DNA of 64,000 nucleotides from Caecitellus pseudoparvulus (GCA_965644315.1 CBFFRQ010000030.1:617083-681082); one strand, 5' to 3'; counted from the first letter of the stretch, positions 51,701-60,800 are shown. Numbers and translations: made by a program. Notes: generated by a model not told the origin, from the sequence alone.

Positions 51701-53958
51701 TTTCGTTCCAAATGACCACCATGATCATGGACGCCGACGGCGACCTGCACCGGGGGGAGCTGGACTTCTTCCTTAAGGGCGACACGTCCCTGGAAGCCCC
51801 CGCAACGGCACGCCCCATGCCCTGGATGTCGGACGCCGGGTGGAAGGACCTGGTGAAGCTGGGCAGCCTGGGCAGCTGCGAGGTGCTGTCTGGCGGGCGC
51901 CTCGTGACGCATGTGTTGGAGCACATGGACAGCTGGCGGGCGTGGTACGACCTGGAGGCGCCTGAAGCCGCGGACATGCCAGGGTCGTGGCAGAGCGACC
52001 TGTCAGCCTTCCAGCGCCTGCTTGTGTACAGGTGCTTCCGGACCGACCGCGTGTACAACGGCGTGAAGGCGTTTGTGCGGGAGCGCATGGGGGAGAGCTT
52101 CGTGCAGCCGCCAGTGCTGAACTACAACCGCATTTACCAGCAGAGCTCGCCCCTGTCCCCCATGGTGTTCATCCTGTCCCCAGGAGCCGACCCTCAGTCG
52201 GACATCCAAGCTTTGGCCATCGAGAAGGACTTCCCGCCGCCGTCCAAGTTCAGGTTCCTGGCGCTGGGGCAGGGCCAGGAAGGCAAGGCGGAGGAGCTGC
52301 TGCACCTGGGGTACACGCGTGGGTACTGGATCCTGCTGCAGAACTGCCACCTGCTGCTGTCCTGGCTGAAGAAGCTGGAGAAGATCCTGGCTGGCATGAC
52401 GGACCCCGCGCCTTCCTTCCGCCTGTGGCTGACGACGGAGCCCACAGACGGCTTCCCCCTGGGCATCTTGCAGCGGTCGTTGAAGGTGGTGACAGAGCCC
52501 CCCGATGGCCTGCAGCGCAACATGGCGGCCCTGTACAGCCGCCTGACCGAGCCAGAGCTGGAGGGCTGCCCTCACCCGGCGTACAAGCCCCTCGTGTATG
52601 GTCTGTGCTTCCTGCACGCGGTGCTGTTGGAGCGGCGGAAGTACGGAAAGATTGGGTGGAACGTCCCGTACGACTTCAACGAATCGGACTTCAAGGTGTC
52701 CAGGCAGCTCCTGGCCATGTACTTGACCAAGGCGTACGACGTGGGGGACGAACTTATCCCGTGGGGCTCCCTGAAGTACCTCATTGGGGACGCCATGTAC
52801 GGCGGGCGCGTGTCGGACGACTTTGACCGCCGCGTGCTGACGACGTACCTGAACGAGTACATGGGCGATTTCCTGTTTGACGAGAACCAGCAGTTCTTCT
52901 TCTCCCGCGCGGGCTTCGATTACACCCTGCCCCCCGTCGGCGGGCTGGGGGATTACCAGGCCTCTGTGGAGGAGCTGCCCCTGCTGTCGGGGCCTGCTGT
53001 CTTCGGCCTGCACCCCAACGCAGAGATTGGGTACCTAACCATCGCCTCCCGGGAGCTGTGGGTGGACCTCATCTCCCTGCAGCCTCGCTCAGCGTCGGCG
53101 GGGGAGGGCATCTCCCGCGAGGCATTCATTGCGCAGGTGGCCAACGACATCAAGAGCAAGCTGCCCGAGCCTGAAGACGTCGTGAACCTGCGCAAGCGGT
53201 ACACCGCTGAGGGTGCCGCGCCCAGCCCCGCCCAGGTAGTGCTGCTGCAGGAGCTGGAGCGGTGGAACGCCCTCGTCGTGCGCATGGCAGCGTCCCTGGT
53301 AGACCTGCTGCGGGCTCTGCAGGGCGAGATCGGCATGTCGGACCAGCTGGAAGCGCTGGGCAGTGCCCTGTTCAACGGTTTTCTCCCTGGAATGTGGCGG
53401 TCCCTGGCGCCGGCCACGGAGAAGCCGCTGGGTTCGTGGATGCGGCACTTTGCCGACAGGCACGAGCAGTACAGCAACTGGATCCTGGACAGGGACCCTG
53501 CAGTCATGTGGCTGTCGGGGCTGCACATCCCCGAGTCCTTCCTCACGGCCATGGTGCAGACGACCTGCCGTGCTCGGGGCTGGCCCCTGGACAAGTCCAC
53601 GCTGTTCACGCAGGTGACGCAGGTGACGTCAGAGGAAGACATCCACGACCGCCTGCCAGACGGCTGCTACGTCCGAGGGCTGTACTTGGAAGGCGCGGCG
53701 TGGGACCTGCACGCCAACTGCCTCAAGCGGCAAGACCCCAAGGTACTTGTCACGGCACTGCCCATCATGAAGGTCATGCCAGTTGAGGCGGCCAAGCTGA
53801 AGCTGCACGGGACGTTCCGCACCCCCGTGTACGTCACACAGGCCCGCCGCAACGCGATGGGAGTGGGCTTGGTGTTCGAAGCCGACCTTGCGACAGATGA
53901 GCACTTTTCCCACTGGGTCTTGCAGGGTGTGGCGCTGTCGCTGAACGTGCGGGACTAG
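39751..53958 (+). CDS. DNAH10: Axonemal dynein heavy chain, inner arm I1/f alpha type (DNAH10 / Chlamydomonas DHC1), single 4735-aa ORF
   Basis: DHC_N1 (PLAELEFWR), DHC_N2 (FPRFFFISDDELL), P-loops GPAGTGKT, GPTGGGKS, GESGTAKT and GVGGSGKQ, CFDEFNRI, stalk coiled coil. The C-terminus RRNAMGVGLVFEADL...HWVLQGVAL is characteristic of DNAH10. Confidence 0.95.
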   Translation: MAQSAWFGEVAASFLGFDLPSAWPAALAKATNKEKVSHMLSSDAASGTTLYVWTEEVSMEREVPAGGNGGSISAGHAGGREASGGAGRDAVGGPGHAESKGEGGSGDGGAEGLRLEAVTDYAVRMQLHDLPSGFAGMAVYFIKSVDEAAPSAPDDAALDDVMGEHYEYGSVTGDPLSSMQFMLSEVFTPALSTLLGSKVPGGDVSDRHSDDYRSVVSGFMQGAGGAGSALGHSMRSGDVGSVAGKGFGGASVMGGGRRGFVGGASVRMGSASVLGGQTTATGGVGGPPVAEVPVPAEVEDSVATVSDGVRGEFRAALSRFSKQMGNTLAQVTGNLQVAMPKVTISDPTMAAEDSTTRDIVQNAVAEWSATINAVLGGMAEELDRRSMVKPLAELEFWRSHNATLAALYEQLSAPEVKRMLEVLRAAGDQQDLVLFAKAFEELARAHVETNDNVRFLSTVDRHFKVLASGSLSAVREAVPGMVSALQTIWVISRHYNTESRMLPLLLGIEAELVEKVTTEANVKSVLRLPRATAAGTLQAAHDVLQAWETSFAEARDAIEEANADRRWEFSDHKLFGRARHMRAVLRALMEVVTVTDEFDGFFRAPDISDITSDAEQVKAVIRLVSRLKRPLLKLQYKPFEPQRVRQWEADMQTFRGKVADIEARTTQFIDAAFDRLRSSMGAFALLQQIQHMQLRDTIRQQLDSKTQHIVERARTELAETAAQFRAGKGDPPRFKNYPPVAGAIAWAHALYTRQKTPIVKFRAMPQLLASPPGRLLKAEYLAFAKEVDAYIKELYGGWVVLAEKEVRALLETPVLGPALHDAPQLPKDLMPPGSGASEGPDAGLVLAAAAAAAATADQVPGPGVDWDARRMPVPPYHVNFSPALSTIIREARLLDRLGFEVPEAALNVTLQEDKFRTFVGRLRGMLQRYHTVLRDLRPFECSLLQRQLADLRSTVRQGFSPLNWNSLHILAYIEDVQKALTGFESQLSQLRKSNDHIEDVVDSIRNTLLVKPEDFPLEAGPMEVSDWYEAVERKGTARITALVEKYRGNRGAMLRVEGIVCQTSTGAAPELAEYYKYWERRTYNAVAQMILASMGALQSLLNVPFFTEKGGEEDDDSGGWKAFPPLIQVRVTQQSDNSFVMSPDVHQIAKYMYRAHKFIAKAARSFTRWVAGTCIEAVVVPQEGATPPDFSYYMDIRHNQPIAHMTLRMHALLEIFQRVKAFAQFWQQYGKDYDLWRPRQAGTFERLRDRRPPALYFDAHLDAFARLAGAVSTLRTSRDIGFLRVDCEPVATACRTRALNLVGSYGTVLRQVTLERTTSLMERWAHLRTRISAPATDLESLKALLEAITHVQRLRAEQEAEVQDVLHRARILHKHAKVLAQAAEEGDEAASGAALLSPEEAREVASLPRTWSALVDDALTRDARLVRDKERFRAVTQQSVREFVATTEAVWAEYQGEGPGVPGIPLARGLESMTSFKARLAELVRQRDELTNAELLFGLELTKYPALVDLANDMRQLEVLYDLYAQQKSFAESQSNMLWTNLDTRVLAQGATDLTKRLAGLDKALRDLPTYRAVEGEVQGFKASIPLISSLKNDAMQSRHWDKLMAATGVSFNMNPKTFTLQKLFEMNLHRFQEDIDEITGEAMQEAKIERQLVEIEDRWAATEFDVPAYSKNGQFRSYVLRVEDEMKVQLEDDMLQLQTMASSRFVSFFTARVQQWSRNLTTVSEVIDAWVAVQQKWQYLEGIFVGNEDIKSQLPDEVRRFAGIDKAFKTLMNQVNASPNVVTACCSDGRQELLEELGERLDECQKNLTRYLDSKRTAFPRFFFISDDELLAVLGSSDPTGIQEHLMKLFNNVKALTFGRGNRTVRAMSSSEGETFELEEPVPVEGAVEEWMNAVQDSMRASLHGITKAGVYHYAHMDRNAWVEEQLGMVTMVGSQVWWTWYTEDTFRRVLGGDKYAMKGFASKLTQQLMELVAMVRTPLSKLMRKKVNTLLIVDVHARDIIDQFVRDSILDAREFAWESQLRFYWDRDLDDVRVRQCTGEFGYGYEYMGLNGRLVITPLTDRCYMTLTQALTFKLGGSPAGPAGTGKTETVKDLAKNLALPCFVTNCGEGLDYKATGGIFSGLAQVGAWGCFDEFNRINIEVLSVVSAQLKSLQNALLYGKETADIGLENPIKVHPSVGVFITMNPGYAGRTELPDNLKALFRPVTMIVPDLLQICEIMLFSEGFEGARVLAKKMTTLYKLASEQLSKQFHYDFGLRALKSVLVMAGALKREYSDMSEELVLMRSLRDSNMPKFVFEDVPLFRGLIDDLFPDLDCPRVAYPTLKGATEKYLEDRLMRHEDEGVFQLQVDKVIQLYETMLVRHTTMVVGPTGGGKSVVLETLKAASKPAFDISVRMLVLNPKAVTVNELYGIMDPETRDWHDGILSRLFRDCNRPLPAGRESEVRWIVYDGDVDAEWVENMNSVMDDNKLLTLPNGERIQLQDHCKMLVEVFDLQYASPATISRCGMTFVDPKNLKYFPFYVRWVKMRAGDARPTEAGYLMDLYEKYVRVLVEYTLDGEAGDVEGEAGEPPLDLVVPRTDLNMVRQLCRMLDATLEGEEEYADYDILEGHFVFALIWSVGAAVTAQHRPRFEEVLRRTAEIPLPKDLFGSFFHAPSRKWLSWNDRVPEYVPPEPFEFYRVLVPTMDSVLYTWLLMRMMAVGQPTLFVGESGTAKTVTIENYLLGLNPETSSTLNINMSSRTTSADVQMNIEANVDKRSGKTYGPPMGKQLMVFIDDLNMPRVDTYGTQQPIALLKFLVESKCMYDRGKDLDLRSYHDLMYIGAMGPPGGGRNDVDPRFVSLFSVFNLTRPSTAVLQSIYGSILTAFTSVFSDDVQAVARELTPLTLDIYASICQRLPPTPSKFHYIFNLRDLGRVYEGLCLATPDTVPSAAAFLRLWRNEMHRIFCDRLTTKEDLDLVGGLVDGAVRGKFSGVADAVVAEPMVFGDFKHCVQRLKAGKEDPQLYQDLGSYTTVGEVMTDVLEVYNLEHESRELKLVLFQAALEHLCRIYRIIRMPRGNALLVGVGGSGKQSLTKLAAFAAGYELFSITLTRSYGEREFREELQELYRKLGKGPVVFLFTDADVVQEGFLELINNMLTTGMVPALYEPEERDSLANSVMAEVKAAGMYVTKENCWNYFVAKCRNNLHLVLAMSPSGDTLRRRCRNFPGLVSNSVIDWFFPWPEDALARVAEFFLAEEKAVPDAHRSAVVEHMVHVHQGVVTASRQFTAELRRYNYVTPKNYLDFIANYRSQLDTHGVRLTTRLERLENGLAKLQDAQEKVDEMNKVLKKRKVIVDRKSAEVETQIKDIRTRQAVADEQQAAAQVFAKELAEQAIVIEQKSEAANDALEAALPALAAAADALKDLNASQINEVKKLHNPPSAVKNTLFCVLYLMNSSITSAEWPMCQSMMADARFLDNLRTYKKEGIKERQMRRVNAILNHLDEASVQKSSVAGLGLFRWVTSLSHYYDVARQVKPLSEEVRKLEMEKAVKEQELATINEKLAQLTDEIAALNASLSKNVSELDTLREEAAVMERRLNSAERLIRGLSSERTRWTADIQTLRGQVTRLTGDCLLSAAFLSYLGAFTHEYRTRMLYEDWLEDVKSREVDVTADFDLRRFMITDATVQRWSAEGLPADDHSVFNGILTERASRFPLCVDPQEQAVAWIKAKEPELVVGTFFDAGFMRNLELAVQYGKPFLFESVDESLDPVIDPVLEKNVRREGPELTIQLGDKVLTWDSSFRLYMTSKMSNPHYSPEIMGKTMIINYSVTMQGLSDQLLNVVVGNERMDLETQFRELVQDMSANAQMLEALEEDLLRSLATASGDLLDNEDLIAKLEQSKKKADETAKKLKAATATRTEINLTRQQYTPAAKRGSILFFAMSGMANIMRMYEISLASFLGVFQRSLKQSARDASVEVRLGNVIAEMTKQMYDYTCTGIFERHKLMFSFQMTTMIMDADGDLHRGELDFFLKGDTSLEAPATARPMPWMSDAGWKDLVKLGSLGSCEVLSGGRLVTHVLEHMDSWRAWYDLEAPEAADMPGSWQSDLSAFQRLLVYRCFRTDRVYNGVKAFVRERMGESFVQPPVLNYNRIYQQSSPLSPMVFILSPGADPQSDIQALAIEKDFPPPSKFRFLALGQGQEGKAEELLHLGYTRGYWILLQNCHLLLSWLKKLEKILAGMTDPAPSFRLWLTTEPTDGFPLGILQRSLKVVTEPPDGLQRNMAALYSRLTEPELEGCPHPAYKPLVYGLCFLHAVLLERRKYGKIGWNVPYDFNESDFKVSRQLLAMYLTKAYDVGDELIPWGSLKYLIGDAMYGGRVSDDFDRRVLTTYLNEYMGDFLFDENQQFFFSRAGFDYTLPPVGGLGDYQASVEELPLLSGPAVFGLHPNAEIGYLTIASRELWVDLISLQPRSASAGEGISREAFIAQVANDIKSKLPEPEDVVNLRKRYTAEGAAPSPAQVVLLQELERWNALVVRMAASLVDLLRALQGEIGMSDQLEALGSALFNGFLPGMWRSLAPATEKPLGSWMRHFADRHEQYSNWILDRDPAVMWLSGLHIPESFLTAMVQTTCRARGWPLDKSTLFTQVTQVTSEEDIHDRLPDGCYVRGLYLEGAAWDLHANCLKRQDPKVLVTALPIMKVMPVEAAKLKLHGTFRTPVYVTQARRNAMGVGLVFEADLATDEHFSHWVLQGVALSLNVRD

Positions 53959-54089
53959 GTCTCGCGTCGGGCGCAGGCAGTGTGTGGTCTTTCGCAAAAT
54001 GCAGCAACTTCGATGCTGGCGTGGTGAAGGCGGTACTAGGGCGAGGAATTGCTTGTAGACTCTTCTGTGGCCGTCCTGTGCGTTGAACG

Positions 54090-57000
54090 ATGGAGGACTA
54101 CGAGGTGCTGGAGCGAATCGGTGAGGGTGGCGTTGGCGTTTCATGAAACGCAAGCAGGCGGCCTCAGACGCTCTCTCCTTCCCTGATGCAGGAGAAGGTT
54201 CCTTCGGAAGGGTCTACCGTGCAAGAAAACGGGAGACATCATGCTACGTTGCTTTGAAGGTGAGGGGGTGTGCTTGCAGCAGTCTGCGGCGTGTGCATGT
54301 CAACGGCGTCCGTTGTTGTTGTCGTGTCCCAGGTCATCCAGAAGCGGGGCAAGAGCAAGCAAGACATCCGCGCCCTGCGGCAAGAGATCGACATCCTCCG
54401 ATCGCTCACACATCAGCACATCATCCGCCTGTTTGACGCCTTTGAAACGCGCAAGGACTTCGTCGTGGTCATGGAGTACGCCCAAGCTGACCTGTACCAA
54501 GTGCTGGAGGATGACGGCACGCTGCCGTTGCAGGAAGTCCAAGCTCTTGCGGGGCAGCTGGTGTCTGCTCTGCACTACCTGCACAGCCACCGCATCATCC
54601 ACCGTGACATGAAGCCACAGAATATCTTGCTCACGGGGGACGGCAAGGTCAAGCTGTGCGACTTTGGCTTTGCTCGCGCGCTGAGCGCGGCGACGGTCAT
54701 GGTGACATCCATCAAGGGCACGCCCTTGTACATGGCGCCCGAGGTAGTGCAGCACAAGCCATACGACCACCGCGCTGACTTGTGGAGTCTGGGGGTCATT
54801 CTGTACGAGCTGTTCGTGGGCGAGCCACCCTTTTACACGGACAGCATCGGCACCCTTGTGGACATGATTCTGAAGCAGCGGGTCAAATGGCCACGCAACA
54901 TGCCGCCGCAGTTCAAGTCTTTCTTGCAGTGCCTGCTGCTGAAAGACCCCGCTCAGCGCATGGCCTGGCCTGACCTGCTGTCGCACCCCTTCATCGCACA
55001 GTCGGTGCCTGGTGGGAGCGGGGAGGTGGGTGCCATTGAATGGGGTTCGCCTGCGGCGTTCGCCCACGCCCACGCGATTTGGTTCGAGCAGCAGGGGGTG
55101 AGTGCATCACAGCCGCCTGTTCCCATGCGCGCATTTGACGTGCCCAAGGAGGTGTGGGCGGGCATGCAGGCCAACGTGCGTGTGTTGGGCTGTCCGCTTT
55201 TCAGCCCGGCTGGCGGCCGCGAGAGCAGTGCCAGCTCGGGCAGCGACGCGGTAGAGCGACGCAGCGGCAGCTCTTGTGGAAGTGTGCAGGGCACCGCTGA
55301 TGTTCCCGCCAGTGCCTCCCCAGCCAGAGCTTGTGCCTCTGCCACCGGGGCGGGGCAGCCGCCCACTCGGCACTCCAACGTCGGCTCCTTGGCGAGCACT
55401 GCTGGCTCTATTGACAGTGTTGTGGCTCGCATGATGCACGAGACGGACGTACGGTCAAGTGGCTTTGCACCAGAGGAAATGACTGTAACGGCTGCTCAAG
55501 TCAATGCTGCAGCACAGGCAGGCAAGTGGGGCGAAGTGTTGGACATTCTGCAAGAGTCGCCGCGCGCCGGGACAGACTGTCAGCCGCTTTGGGACGCCTT
55601 TGCAGCAATGATGGGCGGGACTCCAGGTGTGGTCGCAGACCACTCGCAGCACAGCCTGCTTGTCAGGTGTGTGCGCTGTGCTGCCGCAAACCAGGACCTG
55701 TTGCAGCCAGACAGCCCACTCTCCGCCAGTGCAATCGACGACATGCTGCTGTGGCTGGCGGACATGAGCACAGCGGTTGGTGTGCACGTCACGCAAGGGA
55801 AAGAAGCTGGAGCAGGCGCACCTGCGGTGCATTTGGCGAGGGATGTCTGGGCTGTGCTTGCTTGCCTTGCGTTGCAAGCAGCGCCGTCCACGGCGCGCGG
55901 TGCGTCGGTGTGGCGGCTGTTTCACGCCGGGCCAGAGGCGAGCAAGGAGCACTGCCAAGCCCTGAGACGTGCGGCAGCAGACTTGCCAGCCCTCATGACA
56001 GCGACCTCTGAAGTGCTGCGAGGGTCTGCAGGCCGCCTCGACCTGGTGCCGGTGGTGTGGGGCGTGTCGCTGATGTTGGCACACCACAGCCCCGTGCCGC
56101 TGCAGCTGCCTGCTTGCACAGAGGCCCTGGGCAGCGTGCCTGCATATGTTCACCTTGGGGCTCTAGCTGCGTCTCAGACATGCCCCCGGGAAGTGCTGGG
56201 GCTGGCTTGTCTCGTGGACGCCGGCGTGGGCGGCGAGGCTGTCAAGCAGGCGGCGGGTGTGCTGCTGGCCGATGCGCTGGCGCGGCAGCCCGCAGCTGCA
56301 GCTTCCCCACCTCCCCTGCCTGCCTTGGATGCGGGGGAGTTGCCCTGGACTGTCGCTGCGCTGTGTGGCGCTGGCCCAGCGCAGCCTGCCGCGCTGCCCT
56401 GCAGCTTGGCGGGCCGAATCGCGGCGGCGAGCAAAGGGCACTTGCAGCCCGAACGTGAGGCCCCAGCCGTTTTCGGCTGGCTGGCCGGCGCCAAGGGACA
56501 GGACACCCCCGAGACAGGCTACTGTGCCTTGGCGCAGAGCGGCCTGCCTCCTGCGTGGTCCCTGTGCATGCCAAGGCTGCTGGAGCCTGCCCTGCAAACC
56601 TTCGCTGCTGCTGCAAAGGAGTCCCCACGGCGTTGGGTCGGGGCGCTGGCCCCAGAGTGCCTTGGGGCATGGCACGAACTGCTAGGTCACCCAACTGCCA
56701 GTGTGGCCACAGCTGCAGTGCGGTGTCTGGGCCACATCCTGCGGGCTGGCCCAGAGACGTACGCGGCTCTGGACCGGCCCGCGGCGGCGGGGAGAACCCT
56801 CCTGCAAGACGTCGCGGCGCTGATGGAGAGCCCGCATGCCCCTGCACAGCTGTGGGCATCATACACCTTTGGGAATGCGCTGTACCACTCCGATGCCCTG
56901 TTTGACGCCGTGGCGCCCCTGCTCCACTCTTGCCTGCCGTGTCTGGAAGCAGCCACCCCTCGCGTGCGAGCCAACGCCTGTGGCGTGCTGGCCAATGCCA

Positions 57001-57260
57001 TGCTGCACTCTGAGGGACTACTGGACACCATCGCGTCCTCAACCATGCTCGATGCAGCAGCGCTCATCGCCCTGTACGACGCTGAGCCTGATGTCAGCGC
57101 AACAGCCTGGCTGGTGCTCCATCGAGCTGCGAAGTCTGCCACAGGAGCAGCGTGCTTGCGCAAGCTTTCGTGTGCAGAGGCCCTACGCGACGTGGCCAAG
57201 GGACGTGCCGACACCTCAAAACATCATGCCAGTGTCCTTCAGGCCATGGCAGAGGATTGA
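54090..57260 (+). CDS. STK36: Fused/STK36 serine/threonine kinase; exons 54090-54120, 54192-54259 and 54333-57260
   Basis: Introns 54121-54191 and 54260-54332 give [23 protein letters not shown]...[12 protein letters not shown]...LRQEIDIL. Further motifs [43 protein letters not shown] and C-terminal [15 protein letters not shown]...[10 protein letters not shown]. Confidence 0.92.
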
Positions 57261-57847
57261 CGCGGCACGGCGCTGGCAGGTTTGCATGCGGAATATGACG
57301 CAACACTCCGCGTCGCTGCCACGCTGCTGGGTGAAAGCTGATGCCTACAAGGGCGTTGGTGGGTGGATCGTGGGCATTGTCTCCCCATAGATTCCGGGGT
57401 TTGTTGTGTTTGGGGCTTGCACTGGGGTGCGCTGGACGGCGGTGCAGAAGATGGGAGTTTTGCCGCCGCTTGCGACAAGGAGAGGTGGGGGCGCAGTGCC
57501 ATACAATTATTCGTGTTCACTGTTCAATTCAATCATCCCAGCTGCCTGGCCGCCTGTGATCAGCTTCCAGAGCCGCTGCACCTGAGAAAGGCCACTGTCG
57601 AGGTTTGTCGAGCACCTCCGGCTCAGCCCCATCGAACCAGAACTCCGTCTCGTTCCTTGCCGCCTGGCAACGCGGCTTGTCAGCGCGGATAAAACGAGTA
57701 CTGTGTGCGATACCGGCCTCCAGACCTGAACACGTGCGTTGCTTCACGTGGAGTCGGCATCGGCGTCTGGAACCGGCGTCTTGAGAAACGCCACTGCACC
57801 ATCGTTTCGCCGACTTGCCCCTCACCCAAGCACAGGCCACACGAGAC

Positions 57848-60800
57848 ATGCGGTGCACTACACTGGTGCTGTGCAGTGTAGCGCTCTCGGCAGCCTTTGC
57901 AACCGCAGGTACGTTCACATGGTCCGGCGTGCAGCCTGCCCAGCGTGCGGCAGTTGCCGGCACGGGGGCAGCTCGATCATGGCGAGCTGCCCCTGGGCAA
58001 GGCAAGGACAGCTCGGCGCAAGGCAGGGGCGGAGGGGTCCGCATGTATCACGCGTTGTTTGTCATGTCTGGCTTTGGCTTGCGCATGCGCGGCTGTGAGG
58101 GCAGCCTGGCAGGTGTGCCGTCTGCCGCGACCAGCTGCACGTTGCTTCACGCTACACCCCGCACACCTTCCCGCACAGAAGAGGCCCGCCCGCGAGAGCT
58201 GTTTTTTGACTTTGTGCAAGATGCTGGCAGCAGTGCTGCCTCTGGGGGCTTCTGGGAGCAGGCTCCCCCCGTCGTGGTGTCGCTGCTGTCTCGAGCCAGC
58301 ATGGACGCAGTGGACACACTGAGCAATGCCAGCAGCGCCTTCCCCCGTGATCCAGTCACAGGGGTCTACGCCAACACCCAGTTCACATCGCCGCTGTACC
58401 CTCAGTATCGGCGCTCTGACGTCTGGCAGGTCATGACGGGAGCGCCCGCCTCCACTGTCATCATCCCATCCCTCGTCGTGACAGACACAGCGACAGCTCC
58501 CAGCCTGGCGAGAACCTCGCCACAGGTCGTGGGCATTGCCTGTGGTGACGAAACGTACGGGTCCACCGGCAGCAGTGGGTGGTGGGACGCCTATGCCCCC
58601 TGCGCATCCCCCGCCACATGGTTCTCCGGCACCGCCACAGAGGTGGTAACGCCGAACACCGCCCCTGCAGCTCCCAGTGCGGGGCGAGTGGCCTGGGCAG
58701 CCTCCACCATCACGCTCACCCTCGGACAAGGCCCGCTGCCAGCAACACCTTCCGATGCCCTGGCGACAATCGAGGCACCGCCCGCACCGCCAAAGTACGG
58801 AGCCACGCTGCCTCTGACCCTCACCATTGCCGGGCGCACGGGCAAGGAAGTGAAGGTGCTGGTGACGCTGCAGGTCGTCCCCATGGTGCAACCGCCTCTG
58901 CCAGCAGACTTGCAGCAGGTGTACGGCGGCATCGACTCGGCAGGTAGGTTTCCTCTGTCTGTCACTCCAGGCTACGTGGAACTGCACTGGGTGGCCAGCC
59001 CGCCTGGCAGCTCTGCCGCCGCACCCAGCCAGCCAGGCACCATCCACGTGGATGTCGCTGTGCCAGCCGATGCCAACGATTGGCTCCTGTACCGCCCCGC
59101 GGACACGCCTGACTGGGTCACCGCCATCAACGTGCAGGCCCTTGGTGATACTCGAGTATTGGGTGCCGACCGCGGCGTGGTGAAGCGCGTGACGATCACC
59201 GTGGACGCCAGCGCCAAGCCCGCAGGGTTCTCAGACCACATCACCCTCGCAATGTCGCCCAACGTCACGGGCGTGGACGGCTCGGGCATCCTTGTGGACG
59301 TGGACGGCACCATCACCGTCGAGACGCTACCTCCCACGCCCCTCAGCTTCACAGCGCAGCTGACGGTGCTGTCCTCCATTGCAGCACCTGATGAAGCATC
59401 CCTCTTCACGTCCCTTGTGCCGGAAGGCAACACATCCCGTGTCCTGCGCTTTTTCAACACTGGCAGGCTTCCAGTGGACTACCGCATGTTCGTGGACTCT
59501 CACAATGCGTTGGTGGCAGCGGGCAACCCTGCTGGATGGCTGGAAATGGGTGGAGCTGTGGACTCCTTCACGAGGGTGGGGTACGGCGTCGTGCAGCCTT
59601 ATTCGGAGGTGCGCATCCCCCTGAATGTGTTGGCGCCAGGCAACACCACCACTCCCACTGCGCGCAAGACTGACCTGGTCTTTGACGCCAACGCGCACTT
59701 TGTCGGCACAGACGGCGTCCAGGCGCGGGAGCTGGACAGTGCCGGCAACCCCGGGTCCACGGCCGTCGCGATGGAGCTGGAAAGCGTAGACACGCCTTCG
59801 CCTCGCCCCGTATCCGGTGCCCTGCAGCTAACCATCCCAGTGTCCTTGCAGGTGTCCCTGTACACCATCTGGCCCCAGGAAGCCGTCTTCACGCTGTCCC
59901 CTGAGTCCTCCGACGTCATCATCTTCGAGCTGCTGAACATGGCCCCCATTTACAACCTGGAGCTCGTTATCGCCAAGTCCCAGGGCAGCCCAGAGTGGCT
60001 GAAGATCCTCCTGCCTGCAGAGGACCCAGATGGCAAGACGCGGGTTACGCTGACCACTGACGGTCGGCTGGGCTCCATGTGGCTGCAAGGGGCCAATGTG
60101 CCAGGCGTGACTGGGCAGCCCTTCCCCAACCACCTCCTGGAGCCAGGGGTGTACAAGACGGCAGTGGAGATCACTTCCCGAGTCCTGCCCGACTCCCCCG
60201 GCTACTCTAACCTCGACACGACGCCTGGGCTGGGGTCGGAGGTCAGGGAAGTGCCTGTCACTCTGAACGTAGTGGTGGGCGCAGCAGCCCCCGAGACCAC
60301 CGAGCTGCACCCTGACCGCCCGCTGAACCCGACGTTCAAGGTCATTGCCAACGACGCCGGGCCCCACCAGCTGGAGCTTCGGCTGCGGGACAGGTACGGC
60401 TTCGGCCCTCCCGTCCCCACCATTCCGGAGGTGTCCTTGCTGTCCACGGCATCTGCCGACACGGTCGGCGTCGGGGACATTGACGTCGTCGTGCGGCCGG
60501 TGGTGGGCGGTGAAGTCACCGTGGACATCATCCCCACAAAAGTGGGGCGAGTTGCCGTGGAGGTGTCTCTGGACGGCGCGCCTGTGGAGGGGCACGTGCG
60601 CAGCCCCATCCTGGTGGAGGTGCTGCCCGCGCAGTGCGACGTGGCGGCAGATGGGGAGCCCGCGCACTCCGCCCAGCATGTTCTCAGCGCCAACGGCATG
60701 GAGTGCCTCTGTTCTGCAGGCTGGGAGCGGGTGAATCTGGGCGACAGCAACGCCACGGTGTCCCAGGCAGCGGCCCTGGACGGCGAGAGCTCCCCTGTCA

